From the NCBI GenBank assembly GCA_041746575.1, contig JBGTGT010000028.1:1-64000 (forward strand): a stretch of DNA of 64,000 nt, read 5' to 3'. The notes beneath the pieces are model-generated. The model was not told the origin of the DNA. It did no database searches and was given only the letters and a program-made list of their open reading frames with translations. This DNA is from Microcystaceae cyanobacterium. Its GTDB lineage: Bacteria; Cyanobacteriota; Cyanobacteriia; Cyanobacteriales; Microcystaceae. The position numbers were made by a program, and so were the translations under genes. Positions within the stretch are counted from its first letter, which is position 1; every line of letters begins with the position of its first letter. Below, one piece after another: positions 11,168 through 20,244 of this stretch.

Positions 11168-12334
11168 ATGACGACACCGATTGATGGTATTCCACCCCAT
11201 GGTGGTCAACTGATTAACCGTATCGCCACGCCCGCCGAACGGGATGAATTCCTTGCCCAAGCCGATCGCTTACCTCGGGTACAATTAGACGAACGGGCGA
11301 CCTCTGACCTCGTGATGATTGCCATTGGCGGTTTTAGCCCCTTAAATGGCTTTATGGAACAGGATGACTACGAAAAAGTGGTCGAGGATATGTATCTCAC
11401 CAGTGGTATCCCTTGGGCGATTCCGGTTACCCTTTCCGTCAGTGAAGAAGTCGCTGAACCCCTCAAAGAAGGCAGTTGGGTTCGCTTAGATGATCCAACA
11501 GGACGATTCATCGGTGTTTTAGAGCTAACCCAGAAATATCGCTATAATAAAGCCCACGAAGCCGTGAATGTCTATCAAACGGATGAAATTGCCCATCCAG
11601 GGGTCAAAGTGGTTTATGATCAAGGGGCGATTAATTTAGCCGGTCCAATTTGGTTATTAGAACGCGACCCTCATCCCGATTTCCCGAAATATCAAATTGA
11701 TCCTGTAGAATCTCGTAAGCTATTTAAAGAAAGAGGCTGGCAAACGGTGGTCGGTTTCCAAACCCGTAATCCCATTCACCGCGCCCATGAATATATCCAA
11801 AAATGCGCATTAGAAGTGGTAGATGGTTTATTTCTCCATCCCCTTGTCGGCGCAACTAAAAGCGATGACGTCCCAGCCGATGTGCGGATGCGTTGCTATG
11901 AAATTATGATGGATAAGTATTTCCCGCAAGATCGAGTGATTTTGGCGATCAATCCGGCGGCAATGCGTTACGCTGGCCCTAGAGAAGCCATTTTCCATGC
12001 CATTGTCCGTAAAAATTACGGTTGTACCCATTTTATCGTTGGACGGGATCACGCAGGGGTTGGCGATTATTATGGAACCTATGATGCTCAATATATTTTC
12101 GATGAATTCAAACCTGAAGAATTAGGCATCGTTCCCATGAAATTTGAACACGCTTTTTACTGTACCCGTACTCAACAGATGGCCACCAGTAAAACCAGTC
12201 CTAGCACCAAAGAAGAACGAATTCACCTCTCAGGGACAAAAGTTCGGGCTTTATTACGAGAAGGCAAACTTCCCCCCCCAGAATTTTCTCGTCCTGAGGT
12301 GGCCGCCGAACTGATTCGTGCTATGCAAAAATAG
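11168..12334 (+). CDS. sat: Sulfate adenylyltransferase
   Basis: [32 protein letters not shown]. Confidence 0.98.
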   Translation: MTTPIDGIPPHGGQLINRIATPAERDEFLAQADRLPRVQLDERATSDLVMIAIGGFSPLNGFMEQDDYEKVVEDMYLTSGIPWAIPVTLSVSEEVAEPLKEGSWVRLDDPTGRFIGVLELTQKYRYNKAHEAVNVYQTDEIAHPGVKVVYDQGAINLAGPIWLLERDPHPDFPKYQIDPVESRKLFKERGWQTVVGFQTRNPIHRAHEYIQKCALEVVDGLFLHPLVGATKSDDVPADVRMRCYEIMMDKYFPQDRVILAINPAAMRYAGPREAIFHAIVRKNYGCTHFIVGRDHAGVGDYYGTYDAQYIFDEFKPEELGIVPMKFEHAFYCTRTQQMATSKTSPSTKEERIHLSGTKVRALLREGKLPPPEFSRPEVAAELIRAMQK

Positions 12335-12489
12335 GGAATTAGAGGAGGTTTTTGCGAAAGAGCGATCGCCTATCACTTTAAACTTGACAGATTGCCAAGG
12401 ATTGCGCTTTTTGCTTTTAAGTTAGTGAATTGATCTAAGTTCGGGATAAGATAATCCCATCGGCAACTTCAACCTTTAACACTGATAAG

Positions 12490-14562
12490 ATGTGGGATCG
12501 ACGCGCCTTTCTTAAAAGCCTCCTAACCCTTGGTTTAAGTAATACCCTCTTAAACTGGGTCATTCAACGAGAATCCCAGTTCAAATCTGCCTACCTTGCT
12601 CTTGCTGACCCAAATTCTCGAAAACTAGCTCTTTTGGTCGGTGTTGATCAAGCAGGACAGAATCCAGCATTACCGGGCTGTCTAACGGATGTTGAACTCC
12701 AACGTGATTTATTACTTCATCGTTTTGGCTTCAATGCCGCCGATATTGTCACCCTCACCCAACAACAAGCTACCCGTGAAGCCATTGAAGATACTTTTCT
12801 GTCTCACTTAGTCGCACAGGCACAGACGGGGGATGTTGTCCTTTTCCATTACAGCGGTTACGGCAGTCAACTTCAGATCCCTGACTCCCCTGATGGATCT
12901 CAAATTCAGCTAAATCAGGCACTGCTTACTGAGGCTTCCCCCCTAAATAGCACAAATCAAGCGATCGCTTCTCCTATTTTTCTCGAAACCCTTTACTTAT
13001 TAGGACAATCCCTCGCCACGGATAAATTTACGTTTGTTCTAGATACCAGTTATATTTTACCGTCAGATTCCTATTTCAGTAATTTTCCTGTTCGTTCTGC
13101 CCCTCCTCTCCTCAATTTCTCTGAGACTGAAGAATTCGCTTTTCAAGAAACCCTGCGCAGTCGTCTCAAATCGTCTAACCGTAAAACCAAGCGTGCAACG
13201 GCAGGAACCTATTTATTCGCCGCTAAAGATCAACAAATTGCGACTGAATTAATTGCAGATCACTTTCGTGCAGGATTTTTTACCTACTTACTCACTCAGT
13301 ATCTCTGGCAAACTACTTCAGCGAGTAAATTAACCATTACCGTCAACCAAACCCGTCAACGCCTGTCTGCCTTAATGGAGGAAGCGCAACAACCGCAAAT
13401 CGGCAACGAAGCCCAATCCTCTCTCCTGACGTATTATCTCTTGCCCGAAACCTCATCAGGAGCAGAAGGCGTAATTACAGAGATCTTAGACGATAAAGTT
13501 GTCAAAATTCGCCTATATGGACTATCTTATCCTACTATTAATTATTTATCCGCTAATTCGACCCTCAGTCTTGCCGAAGATCCCAATATTGTTCTTCAAA
13601 TTCGCAGTAAAACGGGTTTAGAGGCAACGGCAACGCTTTTAAACCCAGCAGGATCTCTGGCGGTGGGTCAATTATTCCAAGAACAAAAAAGAGTTATTAA
13701 CGCCCCAATTACTTTAAATATTGCCCTAAACAATCAATTACAGCGCATCGAACGGGTAGATGCCACCAGTGCCTTAACCAATCTGAACTTCGTTGGTAGC
13801 GTTCATAATATAGGAGAAGGGATAGCCGATTGTTTACTGGGGAAAGCGCCCGCCGGGGGATATGGCTTGTTTTCAGCTGGGGGTATCCTCCTCGCCAATA
13901 CAGAAGGCACTGATACCGAAGCGATTAAAGGGGCAGTTGAGCGATTAACTCCCTATTTTCAGCAGCAACTTGCTTTCAAGCTCTATGAATTAACTGATAA
14001 CGAAGACTCATCCCGTTTAGCGGTTAAAGTATCCCTCGAAAGTTTGGAGAAAACCCCTCAACTGATTAGTCAGCGACAAACCCAACGCCGACAGGCGACG
14101 ATTCTCGATAATCCTCCGGTAAATGGGGCTTCAGACTTGCCACAAGTCAATCAAGGTAATCTTTTACAGTTTAGGATTGACAATCAAAGCGATCGCCCCC
14201 TTTATGTGGTGATGACGGGTTTAACCCCCTCTAATCAACCGCTTTTTAGTTTAGGGGTTAGCGAGGGGATTGTTGCGGGAGACAGTGCTATTTTTGCTCA
14301 AAGTGACTTCGTAATCAATAATAATTTAGCGTCGACTCAAGGAATCTACCGTTTGAAAGTCATTTGTAGTCAAAAACCCTTTTTAAAACTGCAAAAAAAC
14401 CTTAATACTGCCACAGCAACCAAAAATTTGGCCTCCTCAGCCACGGTATTATCTCTTGCGCAGGATTTATTAAGCGATCTTTCCAGCACCCCCGCCAGCG
14501 ATCGCTACATTTTAGAAGTTGAGCAATGGGCAACCCTCAACTTTGTTTATCGCGTCTTATGA
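12490..14562 (+). CDS. Caspase-family (C14) pseudo-orthocaspase with Tat-like signal and probable C-terminal DUF4384
   Basis: RRAFL twin-Arg; RKLALLVGV...GCLTDVELQRDLL; FHYSGYG and LDTS in place of the His/Cys dyad. Confidence 0.85.
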   Translation: MWDRRAFLKSLLTLGLSNTLLNWVIQRESQFKSAYLALADPNSRKLALLVGVDQAGQNPALPGCLTDVELQRDLLLHRFGFNAADIVTLTQQQATREAIEDTFLSHLVAQAQTGDVVLFHYSGYGSQLQIPDSPDGSQIQLNQALLTEASPLNSTNQAIASPIFLETLYLLGQSLATDKFTFVLDTSYILPSDSYFSNFPVRSAPPLLNFSETEEFAFQETLRSRLKSSNRKTKRATAGTYLFAAKDQQIATELIADHFRAGFFTYLLTQYLWQTTSASKLTITVNQTRQRLSALMEEAQQPQIGNEAQSSLLTYYLLPETSSGAEGVITEILDDKVVKIRLYGLSYPTINYLSANSTLSLAEDPNIVLQIRSKTGLEATATLLNPAGSLAVGQLFQEQKRVINAPITLNIALNNQLQRIERVDATSALTNLNFVGSVHNIGEGIADCLLGKAPAGGYGLFSAGGILLANTEGTDTEAIKGAVERLTPYFQQQLAFKLYELTDNEDSSRLAVKVSLESLEKTPQLISQRQTQRRQATILDNPPVNGASDLPQVNQGNLLQFRIDNQSDRPLYVVMTGLTPSNQPLFSLGVSEGIVAGDSAIFAQSDFVINNNLASTQGIYRLKVICSQKPFLKLQKNLNTATATKNLASSATVLSLAQDLLSDLSSTPASDRYILEVEQWATLNFVYRVL

Positions 14563-14695
14563 TTCAGACGATCAAACTTAGAAAGACAGTGAGACGCTGC
14601 TGATCTCTAGGCGATCGCCTTGATAAAATAGCGAAAACTGACAGCAGTTTGCAACTTGATAAAGTACATACTTAAAAATGTACTCCCGTTTGTGG

Positions 14696-15619
14696 TTACC
14701 CATCTTGTACTTCTGCCAAAGAGGGATAATCGATTAATCGAGCTAAATTGATAGCTGAAGTTGACTTAACACGGATAAAATGATAATTCGTGATCAAGGG
14801 TTTTAAAACTTTTTTCTGTACCCGTTCTAACAATGTACGCTTTTTTTGTTCAACGTCTTGTTGCGCACGAAAGTATTCAGCTTTAGATTCAGGCTGTGAA
14901 ATTCCTTTTTTGATCTTATATTGTTCGACACGATCATCAAAAAAATCAAGTCCTTCCATATCACTCCGAAGGATAGGAAAGTTGGTTTTTACTGCCGCTA
15001 GGGTCATTGCATGGGTCGGATTTTTATGTAATCCTAGCGTATCGGCGTAAATCGCTAATTCACCCCAAACCCGTAAAAACTCTAATTCTCTGCCATGATC
15101 TGCTTTAATCACAAATAGAAATTCATTAATAAATTTTAGTGCAGGATCATCAAGGGAAATCCCCACTTTGCCCGCCATTTTGACAATTATCTCTTTTTTG
15201 CGGGGAGAATGAAGGTGATTTTGTAGATGTTTGGAGAGACGACAACTAGAACGAGCTGTCAATCCGGGGGAAAATGCAAGGTCAGTCGGCACAGGACTGC
15301 AAATACGCACATCTGCGTCAAAATAGATCACAGTGTCTGAATAATTTAGCGCATAATTAATCGCAAATCTCCTTTCGTGATAGGCTTGTACGCCTCTACA
15401 CCAATGTTTAAAGATGATAACATTAGGATGCTCTTGAAAATCCTTAGGTTGATCGGTAATAATCACCAAAGGGAAGGAAGGAGCGTACTGTGCCAAATCC
15501 ATTGCTAAGAGTTTTGCCAAAGATCTATAAGAGCGTCCAAATGCCGCCGTTGCAAAGCAATATTTCAACTGATCTCTTTCTGAAAACTTCATAAGTAAAT
15601 TCGAGGTAATTCTTACCAT
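14696..15619 (-). CDS. Hypothetical protein, possible GT-A glycosyltransferase
   Basis: 307-aa ORF; IITD and IYFDAD (DxD) motifs typical of the GT-A fold. Confidence 0.6.
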   Translation of the reverse strand: MVRITSNLLMKFSERDQLKYCFATAAFGRSYRSLAKLLAMDLAQYAPSFPLVIITDQPKDFQEHPNVIIFKHWCRGVQAYHERRFAINYALNYSDTVIYFDADVRICSPVPTDLAFSPGLTARSSCRLSKHLQNHLHSPRKKEIIVKMAGKVGISLDDPALKFINEFLFVIKADHGRELEFLRVWGELAIYADTLGLHKNPTHAMTLAAVKTNFPILRSDMEGLDFFDDRVEQYKIKKGISQPESKAEYFRAQQDVEQKKRTLLERVQKKVLKPLITNYHFIRVKSTSAINLARLIDYPSLAEVQDG

Positions 15620-15750
15620 GAAAACTATCTATAAAATCTAAAACTAGGATAAAGTTAATAGGAATCTTTCCTTAGATTATCCGTTCAAAAAAGAAAATAA
15701 CTAGACAGGTTCGGTCAGTCTATAGTATAGAGGATTGAGTACATCGTATC

Positions 15751-16890
15751 ATGAACAATCAGCAATCACCTCCCGTTTTTTTCTATAGTCCCCTGTTTGG
15801 TAAACTGGGACACGCGTTACCTCCTAACGCAGAAGTTTCGTGGCAATGGATGTTCGAGCAAGGTCAGCCTAACTACGGTTTATCTGATGGTGAGTATGCT
15901 TGGTCTTTGCTGACTTTTTTGCGTCTCCGTGAGTATGGTTTTCCGTGTCAGGTGACTGATACTATCCCTGAAAGAGGTATCGTCGTTACCCATCGTATTA
16001 ATTTACCTCTCACGTTCAAGCCTAACCCCAATCTATTGTTTGTCTGTTTACAGGCCGATAAAGCACCTCATCCTTTCGCACAAGTCAGTGTGATTCTTAA
16101 CCCTGAGCAACTCAGTTATAAATATTCTTATCTAGGAGATGTCCATGCGCCTACATTGAGAGCTAGAGCCCAGCAAGCAACTCAAAATGCTTATTTTTTG
16201 CCTCATTGGCCACTACCGGGTTTAATTCCCAGAGATCCTCAAAGAAAAGACAAATTTGAAAATATCGTTTTTTTTGGGGTAGGTCGCTCCTTGGCTCGGG
16301 AACTCTATCAAAGCTATTGGAAAGATGGTGTTAAACAATTAGGTTTAAATTGGTTTTATCGAGGTCCAGGCAAAGGTGGCAAAGACTGGCAAGATTTTAG
16401 TGACGTAGATGCCGTTTTAGCTGTTCGTTGTTTTCAAGGAGAGGACAATTTTGCGTGGAAACCGGCCACTAAGCTTTATAATGCTTGGCACGCAGGGGTA
16501 CCAGCCATTTTAGGTTGGGAATCGGCCTATCAAGCCGAAAGAAAAAGCGACTTAGACTATATCGAATGTCGAAGTGTCGATCAAGCCTTAGATGCCCTCA
16601 GAAAACTACGAGATGAGCCAGATTTTCGGCGGGCAATGGTAAAAAATGGTAGAAAACGAGCAACAGAAACAAATACTGATATTCTAGCCCAAAAATGGAT
16701 TTCTTTTTTCAAGGATATTGCGACTCCGGCTTATCATACGTGGTGTGCTAATTCTCATTTTTATCAAATGCGTTTTTTAGGACAACAACATTTACGTTTA
16801 TGGCAAGATCAAGCTATCCGTTTTCGGGATTTTAAGATCGAAGGAATACAGCGTCGTTGGCACACTTTATTAAACAACTCCCTTCAGTAA
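15751..16890 (+). CDS. Putative glycosyltransferase (GT-B-like C-terminal domain)
   Basis: DAVLAVR...WKPATKLYNAWHAGVPAI...AMVKNGRKRA pattern. Confidence 0.65.
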   Translation: MNNQQSPPVFFYSPLFGKLGHALPPNAEVSWQWMFEQGQPNYGLSDGEYAWSLLTFLRLREYGFPCQVTDTIPERGIVVTHRINLPLTFKPNPNLLFVCLQADKAPHPFAQVSVILNPEQLSYKYSYLGDVHAPTLRARAQQATQNAYFLPHWPLPGLIPRDPQRKDKFENIVFFGVGRSLARELYQSYWKDGVKQLGLNWFYRGPGKGGKDWQDFSDVDAVLAVRCFQGEDNFAWKPATKLYNAWHAGVPAILGWESAYQAERKSDLDYIECRSVDQALDALRKLRDEPDFRRAMVKNGRKRATETNTDILAQKWISFFKDIATPAYHTWCANSHFYQMRFLGQQHLRLWQDQAIRFRDFKIEGIQRRWHTLLNNSLQ

Positions 16891-16902
16891 ATCATTGACC
16901 CA

Positions 16903-16995
16903 ATACAGCGTTTTGCGACTCTTTATGAGGTATATGATTAGATTAAGGGTAGGGGTGCAAAATTTGCGCCTAGAGGTGTACGATATTAACCCGCC
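16903..16995. repeat. Dispersed REP/MITE-like repeat, copy 1
   Basis: TATGAGGTATATGAT...GTAGGGGTGCAAAATTTGCGCCTAGAGGTGTACGATATTAAC aligns with 48729-48809. Confidence 0.65.
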
Positions 16996-17033
16996 AGTGA
17001 AGATTGAGAATTAAACGTTTAAAGCTAAAATCC

Positions 17034-17822
17034 TTAATTGACGATGGGGTGACTTTCCCATGAAACCAGTTGCTCAAATAACTCAGCTATCTTATTATCT
17101 TCAATCCGATTAACCTTGATCTCTTTGCTCTTTTGAAAATCCGACCGAACTAGAGTGGGTGAGAAAAATTCATCATAAATTTCTGGCTTAATTTGAATGC
17201 CGGTGAACTGGGATAGAGAAGGTAAAAGGTAAGACGGCTCAGTTATTAATCTTTCAAAAGAAAAGGTAAAACAAGGAATTTTTGTTTCTTCTATAAAATT
17301 TAAGGACTTTTTATTGTAGAGAAACCACAAAGCTAGACCATGGGATATTGTTCCTATGTTTTTTCTTTTCAGCATTGATATAGAGACATTAAGGGGATTT
17401 CTATAAACGAATATAATTTTCAATCTACTATCAGCGTTGGCATTAGTCATAACCTCAAACCATTGAGAACACGTTAACATTTGTCGGGGATCTTTCCAAC
17501 CCCAAGAATGATATTCTCTATCGTTGGCATGGACTAATTCTTTCATGCGCATGCGTTGCCACCAACTTATTTTAAGAGGCTTCAATTTAGGATTCCAGTC
17601 TTTGACAGTATAGCCAGCACTTTCCAAGATTTGATCATTGAGCCGTCTGAAATCATAATTCTCAAAAAAACCTTTGGGATTTTCTTGATTTGGCCTAGGT
17701 TTAAAGCTTTTATCTGTTCCCATCGCAATTCCCGATTGGTGCAGTAATCCTGAGACGAGGGAGGTTCCACTACGGTGCATTCCCAACACCCAATAAATCT
17801 GAGGTGAATTGGCTGGTTGCAT
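17034..17822 (-). CDS. Sulfotransferase family protein
   Basis: VLGMHRSGTS 5'-PSB loop, NPKGFFE, WGWKDPR, YRNPL 3'-PB motif; AGGAGG RBS. Confidence 0.9.
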   Translation of the reverse strand: MQPANSPQIYWVLGMHRSGTSLVSGLLHQSGIAMGTDKSFKPRPNQENPKGFFENYDFRRLNDQILESAGYTVKDWNPKLKPLKISWWQRMRMKELVHANDREYHSWGWKDPRQMLTCSQWFEVMTNANADSRLKIIFVYRNPLNVSISMLKRKNIGTISHGLALWFLYNKKSLNFIEETKIPCFTFSFERLITEPSYLLPSLSQFTGIQIKPEIYDEFFSPTLVRSDFQKSKEIKVNRIEDNKIAELFEQLVSWESHPIVN

Positions 17823-18012
17823 CAATTTAATTCCTCCTATACTTAACTTCAGTCTCTAGAGTATTTTAATCTAAAGTGTCCTTTTGTAAAGTCAAAATCA
17901 ATCTCAGTTTTCTGTAATATATTTGAGTCACTTATCATCCCGATTTATTTAATGATTAAGGACAAATTCTGTTTGTCTCAATCTGAAAGGGAACGGCTTA
18001 CCCCTCACGATT

Positions 18013-18776
18013 ATGGACTCCTCTCCCCTCTTTTCCCTCGAAAAATTAGCGATTGCTTATCCCAATAACCCGAATTAGGTGGTCGATGATGTTTCTTTTT
18101 GTCTCAACGCCGGAGATAAGTTAGGATTGGTAGGAGAATCGGGTTGTGGTAAAAGTACCCTTTCTCGTACGATTTTACGGCTATTGCGTCCCACTTTAGG
18201 CAGTATTCAATTCTTAGGACAAGAATTAAGTTATCTTTCTCCTGAACAAATGCGTCCGAAACGTCGTCAAATCCAACTGATTTTTCAAGATCCCTATGCG
18301 TGTTTAAACCCAATGATGACGGTAGGGGAAAATATGATCGATTCTTTGTTTATTCACCCATTAGCAACAGCAAAAGAAGGGAAAAAACAAGGAATGCAAA
18401 TATTAGAAAAAGTACGTCTTATCCCCCTGAAGAGTATTATTATCGCTACCCACAAGATTTATCAGGAGGACAACAGCAACAAGTCGCCATTGCTAGAGCG
18501 TTAATTACAAAGCCACAGTTCGTGATCTGTGACGACCCCGTGAGTATGTTAGACGCGAGTATTCAAACCCAGATTTTGGCTTTAATGCAGTCTTTAAAAC
18601 AAGAATTTAACTTAACTTACTTTTTTATTACTCATGATTTAGGGGTAGCACGTTTTTTCTGCGATCGCATTGCGGTGATGAAATCAGGAGAAATTATAGA
18701 AATGGGTGAAACGAAAGAGATTTTCGAGAATCCTAACCATCCCTACCCCCAGAAACTCTTAAAATCTGCCCCTTGA
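18013..18776 (+). pseudogene. Oligopeptide/dipeptide-type ABC ATPase pseudogene
   Basis: ATG 18013, in-frame TAG 18076-18078, GESGCGKST Walker A, -1 frameshift in a C run near 18423, LSGGQQQ in a second frame, Walker B reads ICDD. Confidence 0.85.
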
Positions 18777-18824
18777 TTAGCTTAACTCAGTTAGGATAAT
18801 CGTCAAAAGCAATCAATCATAAAT

Positions 18825-18863
18825 TTGACTTTTAAGCATAAATTCGTTACATTAATTTACACA
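18825..18863 (+). promoter_or_regulatory. Sigma70 promoter overlapped by an HLR1 (RpaB) direct repeat
   Basis: TTGACT(18825)-17 bp-TACATT(18848); GTTACATT-aa-TTTACACA at 18846-18863. Confidence 0.65.
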
Positions 18864-18989
18864 CGGGAAATATACAAAGATTTAACAGCAAGACTAACTA
18901 AGGATTGGTTAAGCTTGGGTTAATTCGGTATCACCCCTTGATTCATTGAGTTCTCCTAGATTGTACCTCGGTAATAGCCGGGGTTTTTT
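18860..18989 (+). ncRNA. About 130-nt sRNA, PsrR1(SyR1)-like
   Basis: Promoter with HLR1, no ORF, anti-SD/anti-AUG tract CATTGAGTTCTCCT, terminator with U-tract. Confidence 0.6.
18966..18989 (+). terminator. Rho-independent terminator of the sRNA
   Basis: CCTCGG-taatag-CCGGGG-TTTTTT. Confidence 0.75.
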
Positions 18990-19066
18990 GTTGTTGTCAG
19001 TCATAAAAATACCTCCCCTCGAAATAAGGAAGGTAAAACCGCCTAACAAAGACTGAATCAGCGTTT

Positions 19067-19210
19067 TTAGAGGTCTCCACCCCGAAGAAAAAGTAAAAAG
19101 ACCACAATTGGCCCTGATAACATGATCAAAGACACAAACGCTAATTGAAAAATCGGCTCTAAATTAAAGGCTAAGATAGATTGAACATTAAGTGCAGTTA
19201 TTAAATCCAT
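19067..19210 (-). CDS. psb30: Photosystem II reaction centre protein Psb30/Ycf12 (47 aa)
   Basis: [35 protein letters not shown] at 19210 behind a GGAG RBS. Confidence 0.93.
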   Translation of the reverse strand: MDLITALNVQSILAFNLEPIFQLAFVSLIMLSGPIVVFLLFLRGGDL

Positions 19211-19397
19211 TCTGGTCTCCTGACGTAAGCCAAGCTTTGAATAAGGGCAAAACCCCAAAAATCATTGTCTATCATATCGGGTAACGTTCCCTTATTGTTC
19301 AGTAAGTACACAAAAATACATAAAGTTTTGTTACAAAGTTGAGAAACAAGCGGAATCGGTTGGGATAAGCTATTATTAATAGTTGCTCAGAGGGACT

Positions 19398-19886
19398 ATG
19401 ATTGAATCTAATCAAGAAGAAAACAGAAATAAAGCGATTCAGCGAGAAATTCGAGTAGGAAGAGAGTTTACCCTAGCAGATGCGATAGGAAAAGAAGGGG
19501 GAGACTTTCTGAAAGGAGAATCTCCGGTGCCTCGGGTTGTTCAAGTCATCACCGAACTTAATCTCTTTATTGCGCAAAATTTAGCGGATTCCTCTGGCGC
19601 ATTACAAGCGATTTTACAACGACGCATCAAAGATGATCACACTATCACTCTTTATCTGAATTGTCCCTTAAAAGCGTTGCAAGTCCAGTTAGAATGTCTG
19701 ATTAATCATCCTCCCTTATTGTATGAACTGGTGCAACAAGTCGATTGTCAGTGGGGGATGATGTATGGGGAGCGTCCTTTTTTTCAGCAACCCGGTCAAT
19801 CACCTCATCCTGATGATGAATATACCCACCAATCCGTGAAAAATCAACTTATTCAACTCTTAGAAAAAGTTAATGCTACGTTCTAA
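19398..19886 (+). CDS. Hypothetical protein
   Basis: Clean ORF with RBS-like GAGGG before ATG 19398; C-terminal ERPFFQQPGQSPHPDDEYT. Confidence 0.75.
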   Translation: MIESNQEENRNKAIQREIRVGREFTLADAIGKEGGDFLKGESPVPRVVQVITELNLFIAQNLADSSGALQAILQRRIKDDHTITLYLNCPLKALQVQLECLINHPPLLYELVQQVDCQWGMMYGERPFFQQPGQSPHPDDEYTHQSVKNQLIQLLEKVNATF

Positions 19887-19920
19887 GATCAAGAAGGAGC
19901 GTTTGAGACTATTCTCAACG

Positions 19921-20224
19921 ATAGCAGTTCTCTAGTAAATGAGGAGATACCGCGTCTTTAGTTTTCGGGGATAATTTGAACGTGAGTTCGACCATCAGAA
20001 AAGCTACGAAACTTCTTCATTTAATTTTTTTTCATTTATTTTGTGCAGGGGGTGCGGGGGAGGCACTCCGTCCCCCGTTGGGGGGTTTGGGGGACTAGCC
20101 CCCCAATCAAGAATTTGTTTTTCCTTTCCCAATCCCAATCAGAATGAACAAAAAAATTGAGATAATTGCCCTCGCCGAACTCACGTATTTGAAGGTGTAT
20201 CTCATCGCTTTGAGAAACGCTTAT
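19921..20224. repeat. Outer palindromic repeat element hosting the MITE
   Basis: ATAGCAGTTCTC...ATGAGGAGATACC and GGTGTATCTCAT...GAGAAACGCTTAT imperfect inverted ends. Confidence 0.55.
19980..20186. mobile_element. 207-bp MITE
   Basis: Perfect 11-bp TIRs ACGTGAGTTCG / CGAACTCACGT; flanking direct repeat ATTTGA at 19974-19979 and 20187-20192; internal GC-rich hairpins. Confidence 0.85.
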
Positions 20225-20244
20225 TACCTCTTTTTTTAATTTTC

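Noticed and set aside
18918..18957. Minus-strand AGGAGAACTCA-ATG giving MNQGVIPN*
   Set aside because: Only 8 codons; better explained as the anti-SD seed of the plus-strand sRNA, whose promoter and terminator are both on plus
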